A stretch of DNA of 64,000 nucleotides from an uncultured Acidimicrobiia bacterium (GCA_963802415.1 CAWDIH010000001.1:225397-289396), one strand, 5' to 3'; shown: positions 48,159-58,630, counted from the first letter of the stretch. A program made the numbers and translations. The notes: generated from the sequence alone by a model not told the origin.

Positions 48159-49241
48159 GTGACGCGACCGGAGCCGCTCCCGGAACTCGGCTTCTACGGC
48201 TTGCCCGGACACACCGACTCGCCGCGCGACCTTCTCGACGAGTGCCGGCGGGCCGAGGAGATCGGCCTCGGCGCGTGTTTCATCAGCGAGCGGTTCAACG
48301 TGAAGGAGGCAGCGTCGCTCACTGGCGCCGCTTGCGCGGTGACCGATCGGCTCGGCGTCGCCACGAGCGTGACGAACCACAACACGCGCCACCCGATGGT
48401 CACCGCTGCATGGGCGACGACGCTGCACCGCCTCTCCGGGGGTCGCTTCGCGCTCGGCCTCGGCAGAGGCTTCGATCCGCTGTTCTCGGCGATTGGCCTG
48501 CGGCCGATCACGATGAAACAGATCGAGGACTTCGTCGGGATCGTGCGCCGACTCTGGAAGGGCGACACGATCCTCGGCCACGACGGTCCCGCCGGGACGT
48601 ACCCATTTCTCCGCCTCGACGAGCGCTTCGACGAGGACATTCCGGTGCTGCTCGCGGCCCTCGGGCCGAAGACGATGTCGTGGGGCGGCGGCGTCTTCGA
48701 CGGCGTGATGCTGCACACGTTCTTCACCGACCAGACGCTGCGCGAGTGCGTCGACCGCATCCGCACCGGCGCCGACCAGGCGGGGCGCGACCCGAATCTC
48801 GTCCGCGTGTGGGCTGTCCTCGCCGTACTGACAGACCTCCCCGAGGAGGCTCGCCTGAAGATGCTCGTCGGCCGCATGGGCACGTACCTGCAGGCGTACG
48901 GCGATGCGCTCGTCTCGATCAACGGCTGGGATCCAAGGGTGCTCGCCGACTTCCGCGCCGCGCCGCAAGTGCAAGCGGTGAGCGGAACGATCGACGCCGT
49001 CGCCACCACGTCGCAGCTCGAGGCGATCGCCGAGCTCATTCCCGAGGAGTGGCTGGCGGCATCCGCGGTCGGCGCGCCCGAGCACGTGGCGTCGCGCATC
49101 GAGGACCAGCTCTCGGCCGGCGCCGACGGCGTGATCCTCCACGCGTCGACCCCGGACCAGCTCGCAGCGGCGGTCGACGCGTACCGCGCCCGACGACCCG
49201 CCGATCGCTTCACCGGTCGCTCGACGAACCCGGGACGCTGA
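48159..49241 (+). CDS. LLM-class F420-dependent oxidoreductase (TIGR03857/MSMEG_2249-like)
   Basis: Motifs 'ELGFYGLPGH', 'ISERFNVKEA', 'TNHNTRHP' and 'TYLQAYG'. Confidence 0.85.
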   Translation: MTRPEPLPELGFYGLPGHTDSPRDLLDECRRAEEIGLGACFISERFNVKEAASLTGAACAVTDRLGVATSVTNHNTRHPMVTAAWATTLHRLSGGRFALGLGRGFDPLFSAIGLRPITMKQIEDFVGIVRRLWKGDTILGHDGPAGTYPFLRLDERFDEDIPVLLAALGPKTMSWGGGVFDGVMLHTFFTDQTLRECVDRIRTGADQAGRDPNLVRVWAVLAVLTDLPEEARLKMLVGRMGTYLQAYGDALVSINGWDPRVLADFRAAPQVQAVSGTIDAVATTSQLEAIAELIPEEWLAASAVGAPEHVASRIEDQLSAGADGVILHASTPDQLAAAVDAYRARRPADRFTGRSTNPGR

Positions 49242-50314
49242 TGGCACGGACGCTGGTAGCCGATCCCGACCTCGTCACGCCCCAGTGGCTGACTGATGTG
49301 CTGCGGTCCGGCGGTGCGATCGGCGACGCCACACGCGTCGTCGCGTTCACTGGGTCCTACATCGGGACAGGGCAGGTAGGTGCCAGCGTTCGTTACACGC
49401 TGACGTACGAGGGGGCGCCCGGTCCACCGACGATCGTCGCGAAGTATTCGTCGCGCGACCCGCAGAGCGCGGCGACGGGGATCGCCACGCTCACGTATGA
49501 GACGGAGGTCGCGTTCTACAACGAGCTCGCGTCGACCGTCGACATCAGCCGGCCCCACTGCTACTTCGCCGAGCTCGAGCACGGCACCGCCAACGTCGTG
49601 CTGGTGATGGAGGACCTCGCGCCGGGCGAGCAAGGCGACCAGATCGCGGGCTGCGACGTCGACGCCGCGACTCTCGCGATCGACGAGGCGGCGAAGCTGC
49701 ACGGGCCGCGGTGGGGCGATCCAACGCTCGAGAAGCTCGCCTGGCTCGACCGCAGCAGCCGTTCGGCCGGCATGGCCGCGATGCTTCCCGCTGTCTGGGA
49801 CTCCTTCGTCGACCGCTACCGGTCGACGCTGCATCCGGTCACGCTCGATGCCGGCGCTGAGCTCGTTTCGCTGGTCCCGCACATGATGTCGTACACGCCG
49901 GCCGCACTCACGCCCATCCACTACGACTTCCGCCTCGACAACATGCTGTTCGGCGGGCGCCGTCCGCTCGTCGTCGTCGACTGGCAGACGGTGCAGCTCG
50001 GCATGGGTCCGCAGGACGTGGCTTACTTCCTCGGCAACGCGTTCCGGCCAGACGTGCGTCGCTCGTGCGAGCGCGCCCTGCTCGAGCGCTATCACCGCTC
50101 TCTCGTCGACGACTTCGGTGTCGACAACTACCCGCACGACCAGTGCTGGTCGGAATATGTGTGGTCGAGCTACGCGTCGCTGATCATGGCGGTCTTCGCG
50201 TCGATGATGGTGGGACCGACCGAGCGCGGCGACGCGATGTTCATGGCGATGGCCAATCGGTCGGCGCAGATGGCCGCCGACCTCGACGCACGCACCATCA
50301 TCCGCGGCCGGTGA
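49241..50314 (+). CDS. Phosphotransferase (EcKinase/DUF1679-like)
   Basis: Motifs 'IGTGQVG', 'EVAFY', 'HYDFRLDNMLF', 'VDWQT' and 'DVAYFL'. The ATG overlaps the upstream TGA. Confidence 0.88.
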   Translation: MARTLVADPDLVTPQWLTDVLRSGGAIGDATRVVAFTGSYIGTGQVGASVRYTLTYEGAPGPPTIVAKYSSRDPQSAATGIATLTYETEVAFYNELASTVDISRPHCYFAELEHGTANVVLVMEDLAPGEQGDQIAGCDVDAATLAIDEAAKLHGPRWGDPTLEKLAWLDRSSRSAGMAAMLPAVWDSFVDRYRSTLHPVTLDAGAELVSLVPHMMSYTPAALTPIHYDFRLDNMLFGGRRPLVVVDWQTVQLGMGPQDVAYFLGNAFRPDVRRSCERALLERYHRSLVDDFGVDNYPHDQCWSEYVWSSYASLIMAVFASMMVGPTERGDAMFMAMANRSAQMAADLDARTIIRGR

Positions 50315-50378
50315 GCGTCACGCAGTAGTCGCCTCGCTGGATCCATCTGTCGATCTCGACCACCACGATGCTTCGGAC

Positions 50379-50490
50379 TCTGTGTCGCCACAGCCACGCC
50401 TTCGGAGGGTCAGCAGACACAGACGCGACCTGACCCCGGTGTGTGTCGACTCAGCCACCGAATTCGGTGGGTCAGTCGACAATGTGCGCG
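50379..50490. repeat. REP/BIME-like double palindrome, copy 2 (inverted)
   Basis: Palindromes at 50379-50423 and 50444-50481. The reverse complement matches 29200..29311. Confidence 0.8.
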
Positions 50491-50903
50491 ACCGGGCGAG
50501 TCCGCCAGCGAGGGAGACGGATGATCGTGCCGTCGTCAGCCTCCCGCTCGTCCCACCACGCCTCGACGGGCACGCCGATCTCGACCTCGCCGTCGATGTC
50601 ACCGACGACGCGGACGTGCGGTGCGTCGTCGAGCGAGACCAGCACCACGGTGTAGGGCACCGACTCCGCCAGCGCAGAATTGGCCGGATAGTGCACGACG
50701 GTGTAGCTGTGCACCGTCCCACGCGGCGCCAATACCTCGACGCCGAAGGTCATGTGGCCGCAGGCATGGCAGGTCTCCTCAGGCGGATGCTGGAGCGTGC
50801 CGCAGTCGTCGCAGCGCTGAACGGCCAATGCACCGGACGTGAACCACGCCTCGTTCGTCGCCGTCAACTCCGGCAGTCCCCAGTCGCGCGGCAGCTCGCC
50901 CAT
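50472..50903 (-). CDS. Zn-ribbon/OB-fold protein (DUF35)
   Basis: Motifs 'QRCDDCG...HPP...CHACG' and 'GTVHSYTVVH...PY.VVLV'. Confidence 0.9.
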   Translation of the reverse strand: MGELPRDWGLPELTATNEAWFTSGALAVQRCDDCGTLQHPPEETCHACGHMTFGVEVLAPRGTVHSYTVVHYPANSALAESVPYTVVLVSLDDAPHVRVVGDIDGEVEIGVPVEAWWDEREADDGTIIRLPRWRTRPVAHIVD

Positions 50904-52056
50904 CACACCGTCCCGAACAACACGGCGGATCCCGGCGCGAAACCAGGTCCCGACACCGACAGGCTCAGCTCGACATGGGGCATCTGGCTCGTCGACTCAC
51001 CGCGGACCTGGCGGACCGCCTCGACCAGGTTGCCGAAGCCATGGATGTACGCCTCGCCGAGATTCCCACCACTGGTGTTGATCGGAAGGCGCCCGTCGGG
51101 CCATCGGATGTTGCCATCAGCGACGAAATCGTTCAGCTCACCGGGTTCGCAGAAGCCCATCTCGGCAATCGCCATCAACACCGGCCCGGTGAAGTTCTCG
51201 TAGAACTGCGCCACCTTGATGTCCTCAGGTCCGACGCCGGCCCGCTTCCACAGAGTGCGGCCCACATGACCATGATGAGCGGTCGGGAAGTTGGCCTCGT
51301 TGAACGCGCTCACGCCGTCTCCGCGTTCGAGCCCGTGCGCGCCGGCGACGATCGCGACCGGCGGCTTACGCAGGTCGCGTGCCCGCTCCACGGTCGTGAT
51401 CACCATCGCGGCCGCGCCGTCGTTCTCCGGACAGCAGTCGTAGAGATGGAATGGCTCCGCGATCCAGCCGAGGCGTGGTACTCCTCGCGGGTCAGTGGTG
51501 TGCCATAGCGGATCGCGCGCGGGTTCCGTTGGGCGTGCTCGTACGCGGCCAGCACGACCTCAGCCAAGCTGTCCTGCGTGATGTCGTGGTCATGCATGTA
51601 GCGCATGGTCTGCAACGCGCAGATCTGCGCCGGCGTCGTCAGCCCATAGGGCACCGTGAACGCGCCGGCACCACGTGACCGGCGCGAGCGTCCGGTCCGG
51701 CCGTAGCGGTGGAACTGTCCCTGCGCCAGCGATCGGAACACGACGATGCATTCGGCGTAGCCCACGGTGATGGCGGCATCAGCGATCGTGACCGCCGCGC
51801 CGGCGCCGTTGCCTCCGCCTCCGAACGTCTGCGCAGTGAAGTCCAAGTCGCCGGTCCCGAGCACGGCGCTCAAGCGAACCGGCTCATTCCGTTCCATGTA
51901 CGAGACGAATCCGTTGACCTCGCCGAGGGTGAGCCCGGCGTCCTCCACCGCATTCCGAATCGCGATGCACGCGAGCTGGAACTCCGACTCAGGCGCATCG
52001 CCTCGCTTGTAGTACGTCGACTCGCCGACACCGACGACGACAGCAGCCCCCCGCAT
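50903..52056 (-). CDS. Thiolase-like/Ltp2-type protein, frameshift near 51470
   Basis: 'VVGVGES', 'HAQRNPRA', then 'YENFT', 'NTSGGNLGEAYIHG' and 'EAVRQVRG'. Confidence 0.87.
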
Positions 52057-52066
52057 GCGTGTCCGG

Positions 52067-53296
52067 TCAGAGCCCGAAGATGCGCTGCGCGTTCAGACCG
52101 AGGATCTTCGCCCGCGACTCCTCGCTCAGATTCGCCATCTGGCGCTCGATGCTCGCGGCCGAGTGCGGCCACGAACCTTCGTGGTGGGGATAATCGTTCG
52201 CCCACAAGTAGTTGTCGACGAGGTCGCAGTGCTCGGCGGTATCGAGACCCGCGTGATCTTCCTGGAACGTGGCGAAGCAGTGGCGGCGGAAGTACGTCGA
52301 CGGCAGCTCGGCGGTCATGGGGCGAACCCAGAAGTGATGGGCCCTGTACGCGTGGTCCATCGTCTCCAGCATCCACGGCACGAACCCGATGCCGGACTCG
52401 ACCAGACCAGCGCGGACACCGGGATGGCGCTCGAACACACCAGATGCGATCAGCTGCACCAAGGGCTCGATCGTCGTCTCCATCGAGTGGCAGACATAGT
52501 TGACGATCGCGCCACCGCTGCCGCCGACGGCCGCGGGTCACGGCCCGTCGACACATGGAACGTCACCGAGAGGCCCGTCTCCTCGATCGTCGACCACAGC
52601 ACCTCGAACGCGGGGTCGTTGTACTCGATGTTGCCCCACACCTTCGGCCCATAGATCGGTGTGTTGCCGAGGCACAGCCCGACAAACCCGTGCTCGGCTG
52701 CCCACCGAACACTCCGCAACGCGGACTCGACATCGCCGGTCGCGACGCATGCGAGCGGAAGAGTGCGGCCTTCGTTCCAACCGTCAGCGCCGCCGTGGAA
52801 GTCGTATGCCCAGCGGTTCCACGCGGGCACATTGCATCGGCAAACTCGGATCAGGTGTCGCCCAGCACATCAAGCCCTTGTTCGGAAAGATCAGCTCGAT
52901 GTCGACGCCATCCGCTCGCTGGTCCGCGAGGCGGTCCTCGATCGTCCGTCCGGCCCCGCTGCGGAGAATGTCCTCCGGCTCCATCCTCGTGCCGAAGAAG
53001 CGGTCGTCGCCTTTCGCTCGCGCCATCACGTCACGCGAGGGCTTGATCAGCTGCGGCCGGGCGCCCTCGTTCACCGCCCACTCCGAGCCGTCGTCCCGCA
53101 CCTCCAGTCGTGGGATCCGTCGCTGGTATTCGGTCTCTATGTAGTCGGCGAGATACCTCGCAGGCTCGTTCGTGTGACAGTCACTCGAGATCATCAGGAG
53201 CTTGTCAGGTGCGCCAGGCCGTACCGACTCCGCCCAGCCGGCTAAGCCTGATGTCTCCTGACGCCAGCTGTTCCGCGGAGACTCGACCGTCGTCAT
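52067..53296 (-). CDS. Amidohydrolase_2 family protein, frameshifts near 52830 and 52535
   Basis: 'ISSDCHTNEP', 'DGVD..LIFP', 'FHVSTG', 'VESGIG' and 'WANDYPHHEG' are spread over three frames. Confidence 0.85.
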
Positions 53297-53415
53297 CGAC
53301 GCCGAGTCTTGCGCACGCCGTCGCGTCGAGTTGCGTGGCGCCGTGCCGGTCGTCGACGCCGACCGGGACCACGGTGGCGTAGCATCCGCCGGACAATCAC
53401 AAAGGGAGGGCGGAG

Positions 53416-53778
53416 ATGGGCGAGGGAACTGGTGTCTTCGAGTCATGGCAGAAGGCGATGCTCGCAGGCGACGCCGATGCCATCGGCGAACTGTACGAAG
53501 AAGACGCGGTATTGCTGATTCCGTCGATGGAGATCGTGGCCCGTGGCAAGAAAGAAATTCGTGACGCATGGGCTGGGTTGATCGCCGCCGGGCGGCTCGA
53601 CTCGATCGACGTGAGCGAGCACGACCAGACGGTGGTCGACGACATCGCGTTCTCGATGGTCGCTGGAGTCATGAAGGGTGAGATGGGCGGCGAGTCGGTT
53701 GAGATCCCGTTCCGGGCCACCGAGGTCCAACGCCGCGGCGCCGACGGCACCTGGCGCTACGTCCTCGATCACGGCTAA
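53416..53778 (+). CDS. SnoaL/DUF4440 (YybH-like) protein
   Basis: Motifs 'GDADAIGELYEEDA' and 'ATEVQRRGADGTWRYVLDH'; SD GGAGG. Confidence 0.87.
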   Translation: MGEGTGVFESWQKAMLAGDADAIGELYEEDAVLLIPSMEIVARGKKEIRDAWAGLIAAGRLDSIDVSEHDQTVVDDIAFSMVAGVMKGEMGGESVEIPFRATEVQRRGADGTWRYVLDHG

Positions 53779-54004
53779 GCGCTCGCACGTCAGGAGTCTC
53801 GCCGGTTGGATCGCCTGCCGGGCACTCGGCGATCCCACCTGCGACGCTAAGGTTCCCATGGACATCCGGGGACGGGGCATCCGGGGACGGCTCGCAGAGA
53901 TCGGGTTCGACGCCGAAGGCCTCCGGTTCGAGTCGACGAATGAGGAAGCATCGCCGCGTCGTCACGTTCGGCTCCACCGAGCGCTGCAGGCGAGATCATC
54001 ACAC

Positions 54005-54467
54005 ATGAGACGAAGGCGGATCGAGTGGGTCGTGCGGGGGCTCTTGTGTTTGCCTGCTCTACGCTCTCGTCGCGTTGCCGGACCGCCGGCATGAGACGTT
54101 TCCCTTCTTCTCGTGGGATCTGTTCTCGAGCGCGCCGAATCCGATTGGCACCGACTATTCCGTGCGCCTGATCGCCGCCGACGGTCTCACCACGCCGCTT
54201 CCCGTGTACTACGAGCGCTCAGGCCTGCAACGCGGAGGTCAACAGATCCAGGGTTACACGGCACTGCAGCGGCTCGGCCAAGCAGTCGACCGAGGTCAGA
54301 CGTGACTGGTTGCCACCCTCCGCAGCGCTTTCGAGTCGACCTATCTCAACGAGCTGACCCATCTCCGCTACGAGGTGGTCAGGCGCAAGTTCAACATCCG
54401 TGCCCGCGTCGACTGCGATTCCTGTTTCATCGACCAGACCGTCCTCGGCACCTACGGAACCGGCTGA
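54005..54467 (+). CDS. DUF5819/SdpA-like membrane-anchored protein (frameshift ~54050, in-frame TGA 54303)
   Basis: N-terminal basic+hydrophobic segment, 'FPFFSWDLFSSAPNP', and a frame that continues past the TGA to 'RYEVVRR...CDSC'. Confidence 0.5.
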
Positions 54468-54483
54468 CTTGCGAGCGAGCACG

Positions 54484-55667
54484 ATGGAACCGCAGCGCAC
54501 ACAGCCGGTCGTCACGAGATTCTTGGCCAAGCGATTCTGGAGCTCGACCGCGCATCCGACGCTCGCCGCCTCGGTTGCGTTCCAGCGGCGCGGTGTACAA
54601 CCGAGCGTCGGTGCTCGTGCGCGCCTACTACGCCGTCGGTGTTCTCTTCGCCCTCCAGGCGATGGGCGGCTGGCCTCGCTACGCCGGCCTGCAGCAGGCC
54701 TCGCCGCAGTGGCCTGCGGCATGGTGGTTCGACTGGTTCAGCGTTCGTACCAGCGTCAACCTCATCTTCACTGGCTACCTGGCTGCCAGTATCGCCGCCG
54801 TCGCGCTGCCCGAAAGACGATGGGCCCGGGCCGTGTACGCCTTCACGTTGCTGCAGTACATGGCGTTCATCAACGGCTTCGACAAGATCAACCACAGCCT
54901 GCACTCATGGCTGTTCGTCGGCGCGATCCTGACCTCTGCTCCCACGAGGCCCGTGGGAAAGCCGAACCCGCAAGCTCGATCGTCAGTACTTCCTTGCTGT
55001 GTTCTGGTCCGCGCAGCTCGTCGTGCTGTTCTTCTACTCGCTCACCGGGATGTGGAAGATCTACTTCTCCTTCAAGGCACTCTTCGAGGGGAGGATCGGT
55101 GGCTTCAGCTTCGGTGGCTTCTCGTACATCGTGGCCAACCGGATCCTTCAAGGCAACGAAGACACCGTTCTCGGAGACTTCTTCGTCCATCACGAGATCA
55201 TCGGCTGGGCGCTCTTCATCGGCACGATGTACCTCGAGGGCGCTTCCATTCTCATCGTGTTCCGGCCGCGGCTGCATCGTGTCTGGGGTGTCGGCCTCAT
55301 CCTGTTCCACTTCGTGATGCGACTGACCATGGGATTCGCCTTTCCGGAGAATGTCGCCCTGGTCGGCCTGCTGTTCGTGTGTTCGCCGTTCACTCCTGAG
55401 AAGGTCAGCGTCAAGGAAGCGATAAGCGACCTACCTGGCCTGCATTTCGTCGTACGCCGGTTCGCGAGGGCGCGACGCCTGCGCCGTGTGCGCCGAGCCG
55501 TCGCCCGACGTCGACACCACGCCTTCCGCGGTGTGACGCCGTCCACGGCGAACGAGACCACAGCCTTTGCCCCGTTTCCACATTGTCAGCGCGCGACGCC
55601 TCGCCTCGGGCGTCGAACGTCACGCCCGTTGGTGGTGAGCGAGGACACGGTCGATGCGCTTCGATAG
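54484..55667 (+). CDS. HTTM/SdpB-like polytopic membrane protein (frameshifts ~54590, ~54935)
   Basis: Multiple TM segments, 'GFDKINHSLH', 'FYSLTGMWKI' and 'GLILFH..LTMG.F'. The 3' end is uncertain. Confidence 0.6.
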
Positions 55668-56210
55668 CCACCGGGTGAGGCTTCCGGTTCCGTCGATGGC
55701 CCAGGTGACGAGGGCGCCGTTGTAGACGACGTACAAGGTGTCGGCGAGCTCGGCGGTATTGGTGGGGTTGATCTCGCCGTTGCTGATCGCTTCGTCCAGG
55801 AGCTTTGTGATGGCTCGTCGGAAGAGTCGGCCCTGTGTCGCTGCGTGTGCGCCGAGGTCGGGGTCGGTGAGGTCGAGGTACAGGAACGCGAGATTGTTGG
55901 CGATCGCGTCTCGTGAGCCGATGCCGGCAGTGAGCTCGAGCAGAGCGGCTCGCAGCGCCGAGAGCGCGGTCGGCGAGCTGCCCCGGACCTTGTTGAACAC
56001 GTCGTCGACCGCGGTGGTGGCCGCTTCCGCGGAGGCGAGGAGCAGGCTCCGTTTCGACCCGAACCGCTGGGTCAAGGCGGGGGCCGAGAGCCCGACCCGG
56101 TCGGCCACCGCCCCGAGCGTCAACCCCGACGGGCCGACCTCGGTCACGACCGCGGCGACCGCCTCGAAGATCGCGTCGTCGCTGACCGTCCTCGGCCTGC
56201 CGGTGCGCAT
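55620..56210 (-). CDS. TetR family regulator
   Basis: Motif 'GRPRTVSD...LTLGAVADRVGLSAPALTQRFGSKRSLL'. Confidence 0.9.
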   Translation of the reverse strand: MRTGRPRTVSDDAIFEAVAAVVTEVGPSGLTLGAVADRVGLSAPALTQRFGSKRSLLLASAEAATTAVDDVFNKVRGSSPTALSALRAALLELTAGIGSRDAIANNLAFLYLDLTDPDLGAHAATQGRLFRRAITKLLDEAISNGEINPTNTAELADTLYVVYNGALVTWAIDGTGSLTRWLSKRIDRVLAHHQRA

Positions 56211-56229
56211 GGACTTGCACGATAGCACC

Positions 56230-56259
56230 TTGACTTTATGAATGAAAAGAAAGTAAGTT
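56230..56259 (+). promoter_or_regulatory. Sigma70-type promoter TTGACT-N18-TAAGTT for a leaderless SDR mRNA
   Basis: AT-rich divergent spacer; the -10 is 6 nt before ATG 56266; no SD. Confidence 0.55.
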
Positions 56260-56265
56260 CGGGGC

Positions 56266-57150
56266 ATGACCAACACCCCGAAGAACCTCAGCGACCGCGT
56301 TGCAGTCGTGGCCGGCGGCACCCGAGGGGCGGGCCGCGGCATCGCGGTTGAGCTCGGCGCGGCGGGCGCCACCGTGTACGTGACCGGTCGCACCACCACC
56401 GGTGAACGCTCCCCCATGGGGCGGCACGAGACGATCGACGAGACCGCCCGCCTCGTCGACGAAGCCGGCGGTACAGGGATCCCGGTCCGCGTCGACCACG
56501 CCGACCCCGATCAGGTGCGAACCCTGATCGGCCGCCTCGCCGACGACGGCGGCCGCCTCGATATCCTCGTCAACGACGTCTGGGGCGGCGACCCCCTCAC
56601 CGAGTGGGACACCCCCTTCTGGCAGCACGACCTCGCCAACGGCATCGCGTTGTTGCGCAACACGGTCGAGACCCACCTCATCACCAGCTGGCACGCCGCC
56701 CCACTGCTCGCCAACACCCCCGGATCGCTCATCGTCGAGATCACCGACGGCGTCTCCGACCGTTACCGCGGCTCGCTGTTCTACGACCTGGCCAAGACCG
56801 CGGTCATCCGCCTCGCAGTCGCCCAGGCCGAGGACCTCCGGCCCCACGGCGTCACCGTCGTGGCGTTGACGCCCGGGTTCCTGCGATCCGAGGCCATGCT
56901 CGAAGGCTTCGGCGTCGACGAGGCGAACTGGCGGGCCGGGGCCGAGAAGGACCCGAACTTCGCGTTCTCAGAGACGCCCCGCTACATCGGCCGCGCCGTC
57001 GCCTGCCTCGCTGCCGACCCGGACAAACACCGGCGCACTGGCACCGCTACTGCCACCTGGGAGCTCGCCAAGGCCTACGGGTTCGTCGACGTCGACGGCA
57101 CACAGCCCGACTGGGGACAGCGGGCACGAGAACTAGGTGTGTCGCCATGA
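56266..57150 (+). CDS. SDR family oxidoreductase (DHRS1-like)
   Basis: Motifs 'AGGTRGAGRG', 'LVNDVWGG', 'YDLAK' and 'SETPRYIGRAV'. Confidence 0.92.
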   Translation: MTNTPKNLSDRVAVVAGGTRGAGRGIAVELGAAGATVYVTGRTTTGERSPMGRHETIDETARLVDEAGGTGIPVRVDHADPDQVRTLIGRLADDGGRLDILVNDVWGGDPLTEWDTPFWQHDLANGIALLRNTVETHLITSWHAAPLLANTPGSLIVEITDGVSDRYRGSLFYDLAKTAVIRLAVAQAEDLRPHGVTVVALTPGFLRSEAMLEGFGVDEANWRAGAEKDPNFAFSETPRYIGRAVACLAADPDKHRRTGTATATWELAKAYGFVDVDGTQPDWGQRARELGVSP

Positions 57151-57247
57151 CCACGGCCGCCACCGCGGTGCTCGTTGTCGGGCGGCTCCCCGCAGCACCT
57201 CCACACCGCCCCATCCCACACCCAACTCGGTTCTGAAGGAGGCATCC

Positions 57248-57688
57248 ATGACCACCATCCCCATGACCACCACCCCAGCGGCGAGCGCTCATGCCGCGAC
57301 CACGCTCATCGGCATACCGGCAGCGGCAATCGCGACCGGTGCGCTGGCCGGCGCCGCCCGCTCCTTGCTCGACCTCGACCGCCAGTTCCCCGGCGTCGAT
57401 CCGGGCACCGTCGCAGTGACGACCCTCATCGCCCTCGCGGTCGGCTCCGTCCTGGCCGCAACGCTGCGTCGCCTCGGCCGGCCGCACCTCGTGCGCCCGG
57501 CCCTCCTCGGCGGCGCCGCGCTCTCGCTGATCGGGCCCGCGACCGTGCTGTTCACCGAACCGCCCGACGGCCCCGCCCACAGCAACCCGCAAACCGCGCT
57601 CGTCCTCCTCTTCCTCCACGCACTGGCCGCGCTCGCCGCGCTGCGCCTCACCAACTCCCTGTCCACCCTGCAGCAAGAACATCGATGA
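57248..57688 (+). CDS. Small 4-TM membrane protein (DUF6069-like)
   Basis: SD AAGGAGG, hydrophobic helices, 'LSLIGP...L.FLH'. Confidence 0.6.
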   Translation: MTTIPMTTTPAASAHAATTLIGIPAAAIATGALAGAARSLLDLDRQFPGVDPGTVAVTTLIALAVGSVLAATLRRLGRPHLVRPALLGGAALSLIGPATVLFTEPPDGPAHSNPQTALVLLFLHALAALAALRLTNSLSTLQQEHR

Positions 57689-57921
57689 CCACCACCAAGG
57701 CACAGCTCGAACCGTTGTCCAGAGTCGCTCCTCTCGAGCCGCCCTACTCCCCTGAGATCGCCGGAGCGGTCCGCGAGCTCACCATCTCGCTCCGCCAGCG
57801 CGAGATCGTCATCGATCGCACCCGCGCCCGGTCCGGCTGCGAGTACGAGTGAGGCGTCCATATCGCCTTCTTCGCGGCCCGAGCCCGACTCGACGGAGCT
57901 CAAGTCACGTCACTGACCCAT
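57685..57921 (+). pseudogene. Carboxymuconolactone decarboxylase-family remnant
   Basis: 'RVAPLEPPY' is joined directly to 'LRQREIVIDRT..RSGCEYE*GVH'. There is a TGA at the conserved Trp, an internal deletion and a 3' truncation. Confidence 0.75.
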
Positions 57922-58134
57922 GTGCGTCGTCATGGTCAGTTGAGAACGGTGTGGTGGTGGCGACGCCGAGGCTCGGCGCGGGTATCGGCGCCGACGCCGA
58001 CATCGCTCAGGCCTGAGCCGGGGCGGGAACGCCGTCGAGGATGGTCACCAGGAATACCCGGTCAGTCTTCTGCTCGTAGGCGGAGATCGTCGGCCGGGCC
58101 GCCCAGGCCAGAGGGCAGCACCCGCCTACCACCG

Positions 58135-58358
58135 GTTCGAGCGCGGACAGGCACGCATTGGTGGCGATGCGGTAGAGCCAGGTACGCAGCGAGGAGCGGC
58201 GCTCGAACGTTCCGTACGAACGCCATGCCCGCAAGTACGTCTCCTGCACCAAGTCCGCGGCCTCATCCACCGAACCGACCATGCGGTAGCAGTGCGCCAG
58301 CAGCTCGCGCCGAAACGGCTCGGTCTGCTGCACGAAATTCCTCTGACCGCTCCGTCAT
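58135..58358 (-). pseudogene. ECF sigma factor (SigG-like) region-2 fragment
   Basis: '[32 protein letters not shown]...[16 protein letters not shown]'; region 4 is missing and there is a frameshift near the start. Confidence 0.8.
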
Positions 58359-58525
58359 CACCATGTCGTCGCTATTGCCTGACACCTCGATCATCACTGG
58401 CTCATAGGCTGACCTTCGGCCTCATCCTCGCTCGGTCCGGACAGACCCCAGATCCCAGCGCGGAGAACGCCTCAGTAATGCAGACCGCCTGCGCCAGCGA
58501 AAGGAATCGGTCTGGCCCGCAGGGT

Positions 58526-58630
58526 CCCCGAGCCTGGTTCTGGACCCCTGAATGGCAGACCGGCGAGCGAGAAGCCGACCTCGACCGCAACGCTGGCCGA
58601 GTCGAGGAGTTCGAGGCCAGCTCGGCATTC
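58526..58630 (+). pseudogene. Antitoxin-like (AbrB/MazE-type) C-terminal remnant
   Basis: 'AWFWTPEWQTGEREADLD..AGRV' matches the QAWFWT.EWQ..E.EA..D...GR motif. No N-terminal domain and no toxin gene are seen. Confidence 0.55.

Noticed and set aside
53863-53890. Tandem CATCCGGGGACGG duplication and the surrounding ORF 53678..54094
   Set aside because: Two short copies only and no recognisable protein; probably slippage in intergenic DNA.
57850-57852. TGA at a conserved Trp (EYE*GVH) as evidence of UGA=Trp recoding
   Set aside because: TGA is the main true stop throughout the window, and this gene has other lesions.
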